Shown here one piece after another: positions 1 to 12,880 of a stretch of DNA of 64,000 nt (the stretch's first letter is position 1; each line of letters starts with the position of its first letter). The position numbers and the translations under genes were made by a program. This stretch comes from the human T2T-CHM13v2.0 reference genome, Homo sapiens. The notes beneath the pieces were generated by a model, which made no database searches, was not told the DNA's origin, and saw only the letters and a list, made by a program, of their open reading frames with translations. Location: NCBI RefSeq assembly GCF_009914755.1, contig NC_060926.1; one strand, given 5' to 3'.

Positions 1-22
1 AAAACAAAACAAAACAAAACAA
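1..22 (+). repeat. (AAAAC)n simple repeat, possibly the tail of a SINE upstream of the window
   Basis: aaaacaaaacaaaacaaaac at the window start. Confidence 0.7.
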
Positions 23-1557
23 CTCTTAAATAACATGCATGTTTAGGTTCCCCCCCGCCCCCATTGATGAATGCTAGCAGTTTTTTAGAGGTTTTCTGGA
101 GGGGTTGCGCATGTTGGGAATGTTCAAGTTTGGGCTTCAGTCGGTCTTCTGCAACATGTTGACAATGGAAATGCCTCTAACATATGTCTTAAAAATATTA
201 ATTTATGAATGAAATTTTTTTTTAGGCTCAGTGTGGCAGCTATTGATTATTATAAGCAAAATATTACATGTGCAAAGAATTATCATCTGTGATTTAACAG
301 AAAACTATGTTCATGCACAGCTAGCTATGATTGCCACTGAAGAATCCCAGGAATTTCAGCATCAGCTGTTTGTTTTCAGAAACAAAGGCCTCCTGAAATA
401 CTCTCACTAATCCCCAGGCATAGTCGTGGGCTCTGTGAACATTTCACATACCCCAAGGGACAAGATTTTTAGATGTTTTTGTTACTTAGAAAATCAAAGT
501 CATCTTTGCTAAAAATGTGTATTCCAGTTAGAAACACAAACATCAACAGAGTCCTGTGTTTTGAAGTCCACCTTGTCAATGTTGTAAGCCTATCTTATGA
601 GAAAATGAGAAAAGTCAACATCTGCCTGCATAAAGAGCTAATTTGCCAAAAACTAACCAGAGTTGTTCATCTGTGCTTTTCCTGAAAATCTGTGAAGAAC
701 AAACTTGTTCCTCTAGTCAACTGAGGGAAATGTCATAGCAGAAGCAAAAGGACTCTTAGGTGGGTCTTGCTAAGATTTCTCCATCCAGTGAGTTCATTTC
801 CCAGTCTCAGTACTATAATATCTTGAACAATCAGTGCCTATTTGTATCCTTTAGAATAGCTTGCCTAAGATTATTTTTTCCCTAAGAGTAATTTTTAAAC
901 CTATAAGTTTAACCTATAATTGCTTCAGTCTTCCTGTATATTTTACTTTTGCGACCTTAGCTAAAATTGAATTTTTACACGTGCCAGTTTTCATTTTTTG
1001 ACTGGAAGGAATTTTTGAGTTTTGTTAGTTTTGGTTTTTGTTTGCACTTCAGAGAAATAAACTTTTTTCCTCCCAGTTTTCTAAGTGATTGTTCACAAGA
1101 GTTGTCTTTTTATCCATCCAAAGGGATGAACTCAGGAGTGCATAGCTTCTTCAGCCCAATGTGCTGTCAGCAAAGGGGAGTCTAATGACATCATTAGGGC
1201 TGTTACTCAGAGTTTGAAGGCTTTGATATGGGAGTGAAAGAGTGTGGAGAAGGCAGCGAACAGAGAGAGAGAACAGGAGAAAAAAGGAAAGGAATGGAAG
1301 TGAGGGGTGGGAAATGATTACCTTGGGAACCACACAGATTGTCCTTCTCTGGAACAGAATCTCAGTGCACTGAAAATATAAGCGCTGCACCAGCCTGACA
1401 CCAATTCTTTGGGTTTAAATTGTTATGCACTGTTCCTCTGTCATTCTGAAATCCTTATTCATAAATTGGCTCTTCTGTTTGGTGGGATATCTTTTTCTGG
1501 TCATTTGTGCTGTCTGCATTGGGCTGTCTCTTTTATTTACTATCTAAAACATTCTAG

Positions 1558-1644
1558 GCTCGAAGGGAATTGAAACGCTTGAAGGAGGAGGCTAGGCGTA
1601 AGCATGCAGTTGCTGTCATTTGGGCTTACTGGCTTGGACTGAAG
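1558..1644 (+). CDS. MYO1B: Myosin-Ib coding exon (probably exon 24; alternatively spliced IQ-repeat exon), ARRELKRLKEEARRKHAVAVIWAYWLGLK
   Basis: ttctag|GCT acceptor and AAG|gtactt donor; 87 nt, phase 0-0. The peptide matches the recalled myosin-Ib 29-aa IQ repeat and splices in frame to the downstream exons. Not in the ORF track. Confidence 0.93.
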
Positions 1645-3514
1645 GTACTTCCTCAACCACTTGTTTCTGTCCAGGGTGAACTTCATAAAGCCTAGCACCT
1701 ACTAACCCTGAGAAAATGATTGATTATGCTTGCTGATGGTCTGCACAGTCTTGTAGAATGTCATCTTGCTTAATTTTGTACCTTTTTCAGAAGAAACCTA
1801 TACACTAATTTTTTTCTGATTTTGTGATTTCTATTTCTTTAAATAATAGGTTTAATGTAATAGCAATATGGCATGTTTTATTCAAGATACTATGTTATCA
1901 AAGTTCTAGTTTGTTATCTTTATGAGTGTAAAGTTGTTTTTTTAAAATCTGTGAGACACAGTTACAATAGTTGAGCTAAAAGCTGCCCTACATCCACAGT
2001 GACCAGCCTAGGGATGCCAGGCTTTTGTTTCCCTTTTTGTACCAATTCTGCTCCAATAATGGCTGCCTGCAGTAGAGCTTTCTTCAGAGCGACCATTGTT
2101 CTAATTGTTCAGCGTTGGAACCAAAGGGTCTTGCATCACTAAGCTTACAGATTTTGATGAATGAGTTCAGAGATTCAGAGATCAGTGGATCATTCATGTT
2201 AAAGAGAACCTCGAATTCAAATACCTTGTGATTATGGCAGGGTTTATTTTGAAGTGGTGCTTACTACAGTAGGGTACACTTATGTGTACAGAACTACACA
2301 TAAGTAAATAACTCTGAGCTCTGAGAAGCCCTTAGAATATTCTTTACACCATGTAAGGATCTGATCTTCCAAATTCAATAATTAGTCACCATAGGAAGCC
2401 ATCCATATTGCCTTTTTGGGATAATTAGGCCCCTTTCTGACAGTATTCCTTATCATTGTTTTTACTTTAATCCTATGACATTTAATCTTACTCCAAATAT
2501 TTGAATTATTATCTGAGTAATCATTGACTCTAAGTCTGAACAACCATTAGAAATATCCCTGAATCCTGCTTTGAACAATCTGCATTTTTTTTCTGCAATT
2601 TCAGCCTATAAACTTTAGTAAATTATCCTTTTTGATTATACTGAATATTCACCAAGTAATATTTGAAGTAATTAAGAAGTAACTTAAATATGAATTTTAA
2701 CAGATGTTCTATTTGAAGAACTCCAAACAAGCTCTATAACCGGTTTTTTTAAGTCAAACAAAAGTAAACATTTTCCCATTTAACTCACATCTTTAGTTTT
2801 CTGGGTTTAACTGCATATGATTTCAAAACATTTTTGCATTAGGGGTGTACACTAGCAACCTACAAAGCAAATTCAGTTTGTAGGGGAATATTATTTTAGC
2901 AGAAGTTAACTGGGCTTACTCTAGACATAACTTTTTTCCTCTCAGTCTCCAACAAAACAGAGGTACTTTACTATATAACCAGTATTATTGTATGAAATAA
3001 GATCAAACTTACTTGAAGTCCAAGAATATAATAATTTTGTACTTTTTTTTTCTAAAAGAGAATCATGTTAATATGAATGATAATTTTGCCCTCTCAAATG
3101 ATTGACTTTTCCTGTGGAAATAATTACAAAGTGCAGTGGGCCTTTTTAAGACTCCCAGTTCCCCAGGGGGCACCATCGTATATGCCAGCATGTTGTCACC
3201 AGGCTTTTAGTGTCTGTAGTGGTATTTTGGGAGAAATAACCTGCCCTGTCGAATATCAAAATGCATATAGCAATGAGCTCAGTTATGAGGCTCAACTAAA
3301 TATAGTATGACTTCAGGTATATTTTTAATGATATATTCTTATGTAACTTCATTTGTCTGCTTTCCTATACTATTATAATTTCAGGAGCCAATTATTAGGT
3401 AACATTTTTCTTCTCCTTGTCCCTTCTCACCTTAGTTTGAGATTAGAAATGTTTGTGGATCTGACAGCTCTGTGGCTAAAAGACAGATGATAATCAGTAA
3501 CTAGAATATGAATA

Positions 3515-5777
3515 CAGGCATACCTCAGAGATATTGCAGGCTCAGTTCCAGATCTCTGCAATAAAGTGAATATCACAATAAAGTGAATCACACAAATGTT
3601 TTGTTTGCCAGTGCAAATAAAAGTTATGTTTACACTGTCTCTACTGTAGTCTATTAAGTATCTAATAGCCTTATGTCTAAAAAGCCAAAGTACATACTTT
3701 ACAAATACTTCATTGCTAAAAAATGCTAACCATCATCTGAGCCTTCAGCAAGTTGTAATCTTTTTGCTGGTGGAGAGTCTTGGCTTATCTTGATGTCGAT
3801 GGCTGCTGACTGATGAGGGTGGTGGCTGCTGAAGGTTGTGGTGGCTGTGGCAATTTCTTAAAATAAGATAACAATGAAATTTGCCACATAGATTGACTTC
3901 CTTTCCTGAAAGATTTCTGTGTAGCATATGTTGGCATTTGATAGCATTTTACCCAGTGTAGAACTTCTTTCAAAATTGAAATGAATCCTCTCAAACCTTG
4001 CCACTGGTTTTGTCAACTAAGCTTATGGAATATTCCAAATCCTTTGTTGTCATTTCAGCAGTGTTCACAGCATCTTCATCAGGAGTAGATTCCATCTCAG
4101 GAAACTACTTTATTTGGTCATCCATAAGAAGCAACTCCTTGTTCATTTCCATCTTATCTTGAGATTGCAGCAATTCAGTCCCATCTTCAGGTTTCACTTC
4201 TAATTCTAGTTGTTACTATATCTGCCACATCTGCAGTTACTTCCTCCACTAAAGTTGTGAGCCCCCTCCAAGTCATCCATGAGAGTTGGAATCAACTTCT
4301 TCCAAACTTCTATTAATGTGGCTGTTTTGACCTCCTCCCATGAATCTGGAATATTCTTAATGGCATCCAGACTGATGACTCTTTTCTGGAAAGTTTTTAA
4401 TTTACTTTGCCCAGATCCACCAGAGGAATCACTGTCTATGGCAGGTATAGCCTTATAAAATGTATTTCTTAAATCATAAGACTGGGAATTACTCCTTGAT
4501 CCATGAGCTGCAGAATGGATGTTGTGTTAGCAGGCATGAAAACATTAATCTCCTCGTATATCTCCATCAGAGCTCTTGGGTGACCAGGTGCCTTGTCAGT
4601 GTGCATGAATATTTTGAAAGTTCTCTCTTTTCTGAGCAGTAGGTCTCAATATGGGGCTTAAGATAGTCAGTAAACCATGCTGTAAGCAGATGTGCTGTCA
4701 TCCAGGCTTTGTTGTTCCATTTATGGAGCACACAGGCGGAGTAGATTTAGCATAATTCCTAAGCTGTAGGATTTTTATAATGGTAAATGAGCATTAGCTC
4801 CAACTTAAAGTTAGCAGCTGTATTATTCTTTAACAAGAGAATCAACCTGTCCTTTGAAGCCAGACATTAGCTTTTCCTCTCTAGCTATGAAAGTCTAGAT
4901 GGCATCTTCTTCCAATAGCAGGCTGTTTTGTCTACATTGGAAATCTGTTGTCGAGTGTAGCCACATTCATGAGTGATCTAGTTAGATCTTCTGGATAACT
5001 TTCTGCAGCTTCTCTATCAGCACTTGCTGCTTCTTTCCTTAACCTTCATGAAAAGTTAATAAACTTTTCTTCTGCAGCTTCCTCACCTCTCTCAGCCTTC
5101 TTGGAACTGAAGAGAGTTAGGACATTGCTCTGGATTAGGCATTGCTTAGAGGATATTGTGGCTGGTTTGATCTTATATCTAGACCACTAAAATTTTCTCC
5201 TTATCAGCAATGAAGCTGTTTCACTTCCTTATCATTTGTATGTTCACTGGAATAACACTTTTAATTTCCTTCAAGAATGTTTCCTTTGCATTTATAACTT
5301 GGCTGTTTGGCACAAGGGTCCTAGCTTTTGGCCTGCCTCAGCTGTTGACATGCCTTCCTCACTAAGCTTAATCATTTCTAGCTTTCAATTTAAAGTAAGA
5401 AGTGTGTGACCCTTCCTTTCAGTTGAACACTGAGAAGCCATTGTAGGATTATTAATTCAATATTAATTAATTTCTATATTGCTCTGTCTTAGGGAATAAG
5501 GGAGGCCCGAGGAGAGGGAGAGAGATGGGAGAATGGCCAATGGGTGGAGCAGTCAGAATACACACACTGTCTCTTGATTAAGTTCACCATCTTACAGATA
5601 GAGAAATAATGAAAAAGTTTGAAATATTGTGAGAATTATCAAAATGTGACAGACACAGAATGAGCACATGCTGTTGGAAAAATGGTGCCAATAGGCTTGT
5701 TTGATGCAGGGTTGCCACAAACCTTCAATTTGTAAAAACTCAATGTCTGCAAAGTGCATTAAAATGAGGTATGCCTG
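3515..5777 (-). mobile_element. Near full-length Tigger1 DNA transposon (TcMar-Tigger), degenerate
   Basis: TIRs CAGGCATACCTC...GAGGTATGCCTG with TA on both sides. Minus-strand ORF fragment [30 protein letters not shown] resembles the Tigger1 transposase C-terminus. Confidence 0.93.
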
Positions 5778-7040
5778 TAAAAAGAAAAACTGCCTATAAG
5801 GTATATGTTACAGTTTTTAAACCTTAACAGTCTTTAGAGGTAGAGAATGGGTCTGGTGCAAAAATGCTCAGAGGGACCAGGTTGGTCGTACAGATGAGGA
5901 AAGCATCAGATGGGAGGTGGATCAGAAGCAAAGGGACTCGTGTAGTTTGGAGCGTGCATGCCTCATCTAAAGGCAACAGCAGCTACTTTGGTCTCCCTGG
6001 CACTTATTTTATAGGACTAGGCCTCAGTGTTGCTAGATCTTAGACAACTTTAAGAGAAATCTGCAGTCTGAATTGTTATATTGAGTTCTTAACTTAAAAA
6101 TATGCATACAGAACATTTATCTGTAAACTGAATTTGGATAGAAGATTACTAGCTTACATCCCGTAATGTAGAAATATTTTGAACATGTGCAGTTAAACCT
6201 AGAAAACTAGAAAGAAAAGAAAAAAGATATGTAATATCTGAATTATTCAGATAGGCTAATATTTTGCTAAATTCTAACTCTCCCATTTGTATCTGGATGG
6301 TAATAAATACTTAAGATATTTTTCCTTCAATTTCAAAATTTAACTATATAATTTATTCATTTGTTATACAAACACTCCACTTTGTTACTGTTATTTGTTA
6401 GACATTAGTATATGAAGTAAATATAACAATGTAGCAAGGAAAAAATGTGTGAACTAAAACTATAATATGATGTTTTAAGTGCTCTGATAGCATTAAGTAT
6501 AAAGTTTGGTGGGAGTAGAGATGATAGAGAAGAATTAATGCAATGAAATGGAAGATAATGGTAGTTTCAAAGCTTCTATTTAAATTCTTAGCCATATTCA
6601 GTTCTCAGTGTGTAGGCCTTATCTTCTATGCAAGGCTTTTGGAAACTGATACAGTTCTTCAGACTTTTTTTTTCTTTTTGCCTTTTACAAAACAATCTGA
6701 AGAGAACATTATTTTATATAATTTTTAATGTATTTTAATTGGGGATGAGTTTGCAGCTGTGCCTGTAAAATGTTTCTTGTCAAATCATCAGATTCTTCAA
6801 AAACTACTAAGAGGATTTAAAACATCAATTCATGCTGGTTTCATCATTTTACATTTCTTAATTTCTTTCTCTCTGACTTAAGATCCACTATATGAATGTG
6901 TTTCAATTATTTTACTAAATCTAGAAAGGACACTTATAAACTGACTTGTTTGACATTTTTTCATTTTTAATAGAGGTGTATCATTATGGACCTGTACCAG
7001 CCACACATTAACCACTGTAACCTACATCTTCTTTTTAAAG

Positions 7041-7115
7041 GTACGTAGAGAATACAGGAAATTCTTCAGAGCCAATGCTGGAAAGAAAATCTATGAGTTT
7101 ACGCTTCAGAGAATT
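7041..7115 (+). CDS. MYO1B: Myosin-Ib coding exon, VRREYRKFFRANAGKKIYEFTLQRI
   Basis: cttctttttaaag|GTA acceptor and ATT|gtaagt donor; 75 nt, phase 0-0, open frame. Confidence 0.95.
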
Positions 7116-7596
7116 GTAAGTTGACACTTTATATCTGTGGATAATCAGCATTGTGGAATTACCCACCTAATATCACCAACTCCATAAAATGTGCCTTTTC
7201 CTAAATGACAAAAGTGACTTTTTAAATAATAATTAAATCATAGCTGTGACACTGAGAGTTAGTTATCTTTTAAAATCATCTTCTTCCAAATTCTGGTAGA
7301 ATTGTGTCAGAAAGAGTTGTTAATGGCCCGTATATTATTAATACAGTGTTTGCCTTATTTGACAAGAGAGAACTTTTGGGGGAAAGTGGATCCAAGAAAG
7401 CCATGACTTTACCCTGTGAAACTGCCATGAGCTGTGGCAGGGCAAGGCTGGCAAGCAAATTAGTGGGGAGAGGGGTGACAGGGAGCCAGGCTGTGCAGCT
7501 CCACCCACATGGACTCTGGAGTTCTCCATCTTTCAGAGAGGTGTATGTAGTGCTGAACAGACTGCAAACTCTGGAGCCAGCCCCCACTGCCACTTA

Positions 7597-7700
7597 GTGT
7601 GACTAAGGAACTGGATTTTAAAATTTAATTTAATTTTAATTACTTAAAATGTAAATATAAATAGCCTGTGTGACTAGTGGCTGCATTTTAGACAATACAG
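7597..7700. mobile_element. MER3/MER33-like hAT-Charlie fragment
   Basis: gtgactaaggaactggattttaaaattt...gtgactagtggctgcattttagacaatacag resembles the recalled MER3 end. Confidence 0.6.
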
Positions 7701-7969
7701 CTCTATAGAGCTAGCTGGTATTAGCATTAGTGTTAATATGAGTGTTAGCATTACTATTCTTCTTTTCTCTTAACCATTTGGTGGAACTCATATTTCCCCA
7801 ACCAGTATGAAAGAGTGGAGTAGAGACTTCCCAGATGAGTTACAGTTCTATAAATTCCAAAGTTAAATAAATTCTACTATTGTCTCGTTTATTTGATCAT
7901 GATGTATGTAAAACAGTGTCTTTTGTGGTATATTTTCCTCATGTAGTATTTTCTGTCAACCCAACACAG

Positions 7970-8104
7970 GTGCAAAAATACTTCTTGGAAATGAAAAATA
8001 AGATGCCTTCCTTATCTCCAATAGACAAGAATTGGCCCTCAAGACCTTACTTATTCTTGGATTCTACTCACAAGGAGCTAAAAAGGATTTTCCACTTGTG
8101 GAGG
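7970..8104 (+). CDS. MYO1B: Myosin-Ib coding exon, VQKYFLEMKNKMPSLSPIDKNWPSRPYLFLDSTHKELKRIFHLWR
   Basis: acacag|GTG acceptor and AGG|gtaaaa donor; 135 nt; contained in ORF 7880..8257; class-I myosin post-IQ motif (WP..P). Confidence 0.96.
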
Positions 8105-9991
8105 GTAAAAAATGTCATATTACATCTTTTCGGAGACTTTCTTATTTATTTTGAGTGTTTAAAAACACATAAAATCAAAACTGTTAACACATTCTTCCTT
8201 TGCCTCAAAGAGGATTACTTGAGGACTTTGGTGATTTTCCCCCATGCACCATATTGAGTTTCTACGAGAGCCCCTGCAGCGGCCCAGGCGTTCCCTGTGC
8301 GGTCGCCTCTCGGCCCTGGCTGGAACGGGGAGCACAGGGCTGCATTTTCTTTCCATTCCAGGTTCCAGCTGCTCTCAAGTAGTTCAGTTTTTTGTTCATT
8401 TGTTTCTCTCTTTGTCTAAAGGAATACTGTAGGACAGAGAAATCATAAAATTTGGACACCTTCAGGCAACATAGTTAAATCCTGCAAATTGAAGAGTTTA
8501 CTTTATCAGATGTACAGAACAGATAATCAGATAATACATGTGAACACACACACTTTGATGGGTGGGAAAAAAGGCTTTTTCCTGTCCCTAAAGATAGTAA
8601 CACATTCTCTATCTAAATTACAGGGAAGCTGGAAATCTGTTTTATACTGCCTTTTATTTTAGCTCTCTTATTTTGTATAAGAGGACATGGCATGTAATTT
8701 AGATGTTGCCCAGCATGGAACACGTGGGGCACTTGTATAGATGTTGACCTTACTTCGATAACCTAGTCAGTTGATATGTGGAATGTTAAATATATGCAGT
8801 TATCAGATGTAATAAAATCATGAGATGGAAGGGCATGTATTTAGTAAATGAATGCTCAGTACACACATCCTCCAGGAAACTTTCCTGCCCAGCACGGTGG
8901 GCTTGTTTTTTTGTTAGAATCATCTATGTATAGAGTGACATTATTGCTGATTAGCTTGATAAGTGGTACCATACAACATAAGGAACTAGATTCTGAGTTC
9001 TGTTCTCTAACAGCAAATTTGGCGAGGTTCATGAACCTCTTAATGGCTTGTCTCCTTTCTTGAGTCTAACCCAGAAACTGTTTTCAGAAATAATGACAGG
9101 GAGCTCCCATTGCTGGGGATCTGCACCACCTCTGCCCTCCCCTGGCTTTGCAATCTCACCCATCCCTCCATTGGATTGGAGGTGGGAGATGAGGGCTGTT
9201 TATTCCTGAAGGGAGCCTTTCCATGGAAAGGGTCAGCAGCAATGCTCACACTTCTTCATGCAATTATTTCAGTAGCACTTGACCACACCTGTAACTGAAT
9301 TTCTAGGAATGCTCATCTAAAAAACCTGGCCCTGCTCCTCTGGCCACTGTCTCCTCTCATTGCAGCTTCAGGGATGGAGTGAAAGGGGATATCTCAGGTC
9401 CCTCATCCCTATTGTAAAATGGTAGTGGGGGGATTTGGAGCAGTGGTTTTCAAACTGTCATAGCATATTTGTGGTCATGAAATCAATTTAGTGGATTACT
9501 ACCAGCGTTTTTCAATAAAATGCAATAGAATAGAAAATAGCAGAGTGTACAATATATAGAAAGGATTGAGTATTGTTTTGTGACGCTTTTGTGTCAGTTT
9601 TCTCTGTATGTGTGTGGAAATGTGCTTAGTGGATTGTGATGCACAATATTTTTACTGTGAGTCTCTCTAGAAGAGTGACAGCCTCAGGACTAGAGGATTT
9701 CCAAGGATTGACATAGTGGGAGGAAATAGTACTTGCAAGGCCCGTGCCCACTAGGCCCTGGTGTGTTTTGAAGAAGCATTCCAGGTTCTGCAATACAAAT
9801 AATACTCTGACGTTTTCCAAGACAAACTTTTTAAAACCCACAAGGGAAAAATGTTTTTGGCCTTTTTTAGTGAATGTTTTGTACTTTCTCCCTTATTCTT
9901 GTTGCTGATAAATTGTCTTAGCATATTTAAGAATGAGTAATAATTTATTTATATAAATGATGTTTTGTTTCTTTCTTCTCATATCTCACAG

Positions 9992-10098
9992 TGTAAAAAA
10001 TACAGGGACCAATTCACAGACCAGCAGAAACTTATTTATGAAGAGAAACTAGAAGCCAGTGAACTCTTCAAAGACAAGAAGGCTTTATACCCATCTAG
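9992..10098 (+). CDS. MYO1B: Myosin-Ib coding exon, CKKYRDQFTDQQKLIYEEKLEASELFKDKKALYPS(S)
   Basis: Polypyrimidine tract + cacag|TGT; AG|gtatta donor (phase 2); 107 nt; AS.LFK.KK motif at the start of TH1. Confidence 0.96.
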
Positions 10099-11868
10099 GT
10101 ATTATGGCTTTGCTTTACCCATAAAATTCAGGATTATAAAAGTTTCTCAAGTATATTTGTACGCCGTTTTGCCTGGTGTTTGATTTCAGTCTTAGATGAG
10201 TGATTTTTAGTTCTGTGAATCATTTTATAATCAGCTTGATGTAAACACATTTATTTGAGCTATGGCTTCTATAGTGCAGTTTAATGAAATGAGGTTACGA
10301 TTGTTGGTTTCACTCCATTAGCATTAGCTCAAACACTTTACTAAATAATTAGAAGTCATTTAACATAAAAATTATATAGGCTGTTAAGATATGTTTGCAT
10401 TGTAAATTCCTGTTCCTTTTCCGTAGTTTTCAAAGACTAGCCAAATTTCTGTTGGCAATATACTTTAATCACCATTCCAGTCTTCCTGCCATAGCAAGCA
10501 AGGTCAGAAACTTATTTGTAAGGTAAATGAAAGAGCGAGCCAGGACAGTACTTTTTGAGTGTTGCTTGAGCACTGGTCTGTGGTGCCCTTTGGTCTGCTA
10601 ACTCAACGGATATGACTTCTGTGGCCTGTACAGCACGTTCAGTTCCTTTATTTTAGACACCATGGACTCAGAAAAAGAAGGAACACCAATCCCAAGTTCA
10701 GCAAGTGAAGTCCTTGGTAAAGACTGTTTATCCCAATAGTCTTACATCTCCTGCATTCATCACTTCCTCCCAGCAATCTAATCCCATTTTCATCTGGTGT
10801 TTATAAAAAAGTAGATTGTACAATTTCAAGCCAAATCTGTAACAACTTTAAGCTTCTTCCAATGAATGGCCAAAGAAAGAATGTATTATATGCTGAGTAT
10901 ATTCACATTTATTACGTAAATTATGTTTATATTCTCTGTGACTTTATACACATTTAAAATATCTTCCTTTTAAAGGATTAAAGGAATATACATTGCCAGA
11001 CTCACTGGGTTTAAATATTTTAAATTGTACAACTTCATTGGTTAGCTGATGTGGCTACTTGAGGTGATACATACTCCCTTAAGTCAAACACAGTGTCTAA
11101 ATCCAAAGTTGTCCAAAGTGCCTGTTATATAAAGCATATTCAAACAGGAGAATTTGTCTGTATGCTTGCTTCAGCAACTAATTTTATTCAGCTTTTTTTT
11201 TATACATTTTTAAATTAGGGAATAACCTTCTTAATGAACATTTCCTGTGGATGACTCTTCAGAAACTACAGGCTGGAAAATACATCTTTGAGGAAACAAT
11301 TTAAAAGCCTGTTAGCATTTTTATAATTTAAAACACAGTTGAATAGGAACCAAAAAAAGTTAACTTCAAGCCAAGTCCTTTTTGGGTAGTCTTATCAGTT
11401 TTCAGGGATAGTGGCACACTCACCCCACAGCAGTGAGAGAGGTGGAATAATTTAGCCTCCCACCACCCTGCAAAGTGGCAGCTCTTATGGGAGTTGGCCT
11501 TTTATATCCTGAGAGCTGTGAAACGCTGACCACCTACGTGGATTTTTCTTCCCTTATCCTCCACCCACAACATAAGCATTTAAATTTGTATTTGCAAATT
11601 GCCAGAACTTTGTAGCTCAAAATGAAGCTTATAGATTCCTTGAAGCAGCAGTTTTTCCTTGGTGCCTTTGATGAACCTGTCCTGAAAGAGTCCCCCGACA
11701 AGTCTTTAGGGAAATTGATATCTTAGTGATAAGTGTACAGTTAACCTTTTACAAAAATTAGTTTGTTTGGGAAAAAAAAATTGCCCTGATTCTGAATGTT
11801 TGCTTTGGTTACTTCTGTCCATTTAGAGGCATATTCTAGGAGAAGAGGCTTGATTCTCCTTTCATATA

Positions 11869-12391
11869 CAGATGCTGCTTAACTTATGATGCAGTTACAC
11901 ACAGATAATCCATCATATGGGTTATGAGTGATTTCTATCTTGATTGTTCCATGTGATGAGATTATTATCAAAGTCCTGCCCACCAAATGCCATGATCACC
12001 TCAAAAATATATTTGAAATAGGTTTAAGGTTTCATTTCCAACTTATATTTAGGACAGATGCAAGCGTAATGTATAAAATAAATTGAAGTCAATTTTTATG
12101 AAGTTGTCATATGTCATATGAAGTTGAAAATATCATAAGTTGAAAATGCATTTAATACACCTAACCTACTGAACACAATCACTTAGCCTAGCCTACCTTA
12201 AACATGCTCAGCACACTTACATTAGCCTACAGTTGGGCAAAATCATCTAACACAAAGCCTGTTTTATAATAAAGTGTTGGATATCTCATGTGGTTTATTG
12301 ACCACTGTACTGAAAGTGAAAAACAGAATGGTTTATGAGCACCACTGTAAAGCTGAAAAACCCTAAGTCAAACCAAGTCAGAGACCATCTG
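11869..12391 (+). mobile_element. MER47A-like (Tigger5-derived) element interrupted by a 188-bp insertion
   Basis: TA|CAGATG...CATCTG|TA ends; internal cttagcctagcctaccttaaacatgctcag...cctacagttgggcaaaatcatctaacacaaagcc. Confidence 0.85.
11922..12109 (+). repeat. 188-bp local duplication, copy 1 (inserted copy)
   Basis: Ungapped match to 12693-12880 with 10 mismatches by manual count. Confidence 0.95.
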
Positions 12392-12692
12392 TATTGCCTA
12401 CTTAGAACCACAGTTACATGTTAATATTAAGTGTTCTATAGTTTTCTTCTAAAGTGATTGCCCTGGATCTGTTCTTTCCCAGAAGGCCTATTGATTTTCT
12501 TATTCTCTGCAAGAAATGAAATTTTTCTTTAGAGCAGGTGATGGTAATGATTTCAGCTCTTTTCACTGCCACATATTGTTTGAAGGCGTTAGTAAATCCT
12601 TTGTGAGCAGCTGTTAACTTTATATTAACAGATTAGAAGAAATTGCCTTTTCCTTCACATGAGGCCATGTACTTGAGTCTTAGCTGTTGTTC

Positions 12693-12880
12693 TTATGAGT
12701 GATTTCTGTCTTGATTGTTCCGTGTGATAAGATTATTATCAAAGTCCTGCCCACCAAATGCCATGATCACCCCAAAAGTGTATTTGAAATAGGTTTAAGG
12801 TTTCATTTCCAACTTATATTTAGGACAGATGTAAGTGTAATATATAAAATAAATTGAAATCAATTTTTATGAAGTTGTCA
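12693..12880 (+). repeat. 188-bp local duplication, copy 2 (probable donor)
   Basis: Ungapped match to 11922-12109. Confidence 0.95.

Noticed and set aside
3160-3174. CTCF-like tccccagggggcacc
   Set aside because: Two mismatches at informative 5' positions; cannot be supported without ChIP data
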